From positions 496,001-560,000 of the forward strand of contig CAWKCK010000003.1 of the NCBI GenBank assembly GCA_963848135.1: a DNA stretch of 64,000 nt, given 5' to 3'. Source of the stretch: an uncultured delta proteobacterium (lineage in GTDB: Bacteria; Desulfobacterota; Desulfobacteria; Desulfobacterales; SG8-13). Within the stretch, counting starts at the first letter, position 1; each line of letters opens with the position of its first letter. The notes under the pieces were generated by a model that was not told where the DNA came from, made no database searches, and worked only from the letters and a program-made list of their open reading frames with translations. Shown piece by piece: positions 62,379-64,000 of this stretch. Made by a program: the position numbers and the translations under genes.

Positions 62379-62416
62379 AGACGGTCGGCTGCCGTCATCG
62401 GCTGTTGACCGTCTTT
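62379..62416 (+). other. Intercistronic stem-loop between qmoB and qmoC
   Basis: AGACGGTCGGC-T-GCCG-TCAT-CGGC-T-GTTGACCGTCT followed by TT. Confidence 0.6.
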
Positions 62417-62433
62417 GATGCAGGAGGTTACCA

Positions 62434-63582
62434 ATGGCGGATACCATTACGCTTGAACCCGATGTGGGATTTATCAGAGAAGTCGGTAAGCTGGGCGGCG
62501 GTGATTTGAAAAAGTGCTATCAGTGTGCGACCTGCTCGGTGGCCTGCCCGATCTCACCGGATAACAAACCCTTTCCCCGCAAGGAGATGATTGCGGCATC
62601 CTGGGGATTGAAAGATCGGCTTATTGCCGATTACGATGTCTGGCTCTGCCACAACTGTGGCGACTGCACCACATTGTGCCCAAGGGGCGCCAAGCCCGGG
62701 GAAGTGCTGGGTGCCCTGCGCGCCTATGCCGTCAGAGAATATGCCACCCCCAAGGCCCTGGCCAAGGCAGTGGCCAATCCCAAAATGCTACCCATTTTGT
62801 TTGCCGTTCCAGCGTTTATTTTTATTGCGATGGGTCTGATTTTCAACTCTCTTGGAGTCAACTGGCTCAACTTTTCACCGCATGCAGGAGAGATTTGGCA
62901 ATCCCATTTCATCAACAACTACCTGGTCGACATCATCATGATTCCCACTTTTTTCGGAGCCATCGCTGTGTTCGCCCTGGGTCTGAAGAGATTTCTCAAT
63001 GATATGCATCAGCAGGCGATTAAGTCCGGAAAAGCCGAAGACAAACCCCTGGATATGGGCGGTGTCCTTGCGGCTCTGGTGCGCACCATCGTAACCATTC
63101 TGACGCACCGGAAATTTAACGAGTGCGGGGAGAACAAAGGTCGCGCTACAGCCCACATGATGGTGCTGTTCAGCTTTATCGGCTTGTTCATCGTAACCAA
63201 CTGCTTTTTCTTTGCCGAGTGGGTACTGCACATCGAAGGGCCATACAGTCAGCTCAACCCGGTCAAATGGCTCGGTAATATCGCCGGTGTTGCCCTGGTC
63301 GTCGGATCGATATTGCTGTGGCGGAGTCGGTTGGCCAATAAAGACCAGGGCTCGTCGTATTGGGACTGGTATCTGGTTGTACTGGCTTTTTCGCTGGGGG
63401 CCACCGGGCTGGGAACAGAAATTACCCGGCTGATGGGGTTATCCGGTGTTTCTTATTTCATTTACTTTTTACACCTGATGTTCATCTGGAGTTTGTTTGC
63501 GTACACCCCGTTTTCGAAACTGGCCCATTTGGTTTACCGCACGACGGCCATGGCTTACGCGGAATATACGAATCGGAAATAG
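62434..63582 (+). CDS. qmoC: QmoC (HdrC-like Fe-S domain plus membrane cytochrome b domain)
   Basis: CYQCATCSVACP, WLCHNCGDCTTLCPRG, hydrophobic C-terminal half, PFSKLAHLVYR. Confidence 0.96.
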   Translation: MADTITLEPDVGFIREVGKLGGGDLKKCYQCATCSVACPISPDNKPFPRKEMIAASWGLKDRLIADYDVWLCHNCGDCTTLCPRGAKPGEVLGALRAYAVREYATPKALAKAVANPKMLPILFAVPAFIFIAMGLIFNSLGVNWLNFSPHAGEIWQSHFINNYLVDIIMIPTFFGAIAVFALGLKRFLNDMHQQAIKSGKAEDKPLDMGGVLAALVRTIVTILTHRKFNECGENKGRATAHMMVLFSFIGLFIVTNCFFFAEWVLHIEGPYSQLNPVKWLGNIAGVALVVGSILLWRSRLANKDQGSSYWDWYLVVLAFSLGATGLGTEITRLMGLSGVSYFIYFLHLMFIWSLFAYTPFSKLAHLVYRTTAMAYAEYTNRK

Positions 63583-63610
63583 CGTATAACAGTCGAACAG
63601 ATAAAGAATC

Positions 63611-63651
63611 AAAAATGGGGCTCGGTGTGTTTATCCGGCCCCCTTTTTATT
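63611..63651 (+). terminator. Terminator after qmoC
   Basis: GGGGCTCGG..CCGGCCCC followed by CTTTTTATT. Confidence 0.65.
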
Positions 63652-63659
63652 GATGGAAA

Positions 63660-63805
63660 TGTGTTTGGTGTTTGGTTTTTAGAAATTTGTAATTGAGGTT
63701 TTATCCGTCGCCGGACTGGCAGCACAGACTTTAAACGAGGGTTATCACCTTTGGTATTAATCGAAAAGATTCATGACAAGCACCATTCAATAAACACCAA
63801 ACACA
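63660..63805. repeat. 146-bp element bounded by perfect 14-bp inverted repeats
   Basis: TGTGTTTGGTGTTT (63660) and AAACACCAAACACA (63792). Confidence 0.65.
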
Positions 63806-63808
63806 AAT

Positions 63809-63844
63809 AAAAAGGGGCAACTCATTGAGAGTCACCCCTTTTTT
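63809..63844 (-). terminator. Terminator after sat (possibly bidirectional)
   Basis: AAAAAGGGG-CA-ACTC-ATTGA-GAGT-CA-CCCCTTTTTT. Confidence 0.7.
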
Positions 63845-63864
63845 AGTTGTACTAAATAAGATTA

Positions 63865-64000
63865 TCAATCACCCGTTGCGGCTTTGTGGGTCTTGATTTC
63901 GACCTTCTCGGTCAGGCCTTCGTAGTAATCGCGCAGAATGGCCACGACCTCATCACGTCCGAAGTGATCCGGAAGCTCGCCGCCTTCGGAGAGAAGTTTG
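63865..64000 (-). CDS. sat: Sulfate adenylyltransferase, 3' end only (partial)
   Basis: Manual translation [44 protein letters not shown], resembling the Sat C-terminus of sulfate reducers; adjacent to qmo. Confidence 0.85.
   Translation of the reverse strand, partial: KLLSEGGELPDHFGRDEVVAILRDYYEGLTEKVEIKTHKAATGD

Noticed and set aside
58740..63582. Selenocysteine recoding or frameshifts in qmoABC
   Set aside because: All three ORFs appear full length with no in-frame TGA interruptions.

Overview
Core-genome region of a sulfate-reducing deltaproteobacterium (Desulfobacterales-like, inferred from gene content). The left part carries a methyltransferase, a 5-domain S1 protein, a YbbA/YbbP/TesA-type ABC-esterase module, an HNH protein and dksA-PHP-rnc-radical SAM. 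Next come a Cache/PAS sensor kinase with a NarL-type regulator beside an orphan binding protein and a TAXI-TRAP-USP operon, then PBP1A, hisI-hisG and engB-era. The middle holds the rimP-nusA-infB-rbfA-truB-rpsO-pnp and infC-rpmI-rplT-pheS-pheT translation operons, tRNA-Gly(CCC) and an adenylate cyclase. The right part has a poorly characterised block (deaminase, HsdR_N-like protein, dGTPase, three YkgJ/CxxCxxCC proteins, atypical SDR), followed by aprBA-qmoABC and the 3' end of a convergent sat. I saw no CRISPR array, prophage or transposase. The best leads are tandem NrdR-like boxes 31 bp apart between the YkgJ-SDR operon and aprBA, the YkgJ triplet beside apr, and a small PCP_red/siroheme-motif/ferredoxin protein with a palindrome in its promoter. 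All calls come from reading motifs by eye; no searches were run.
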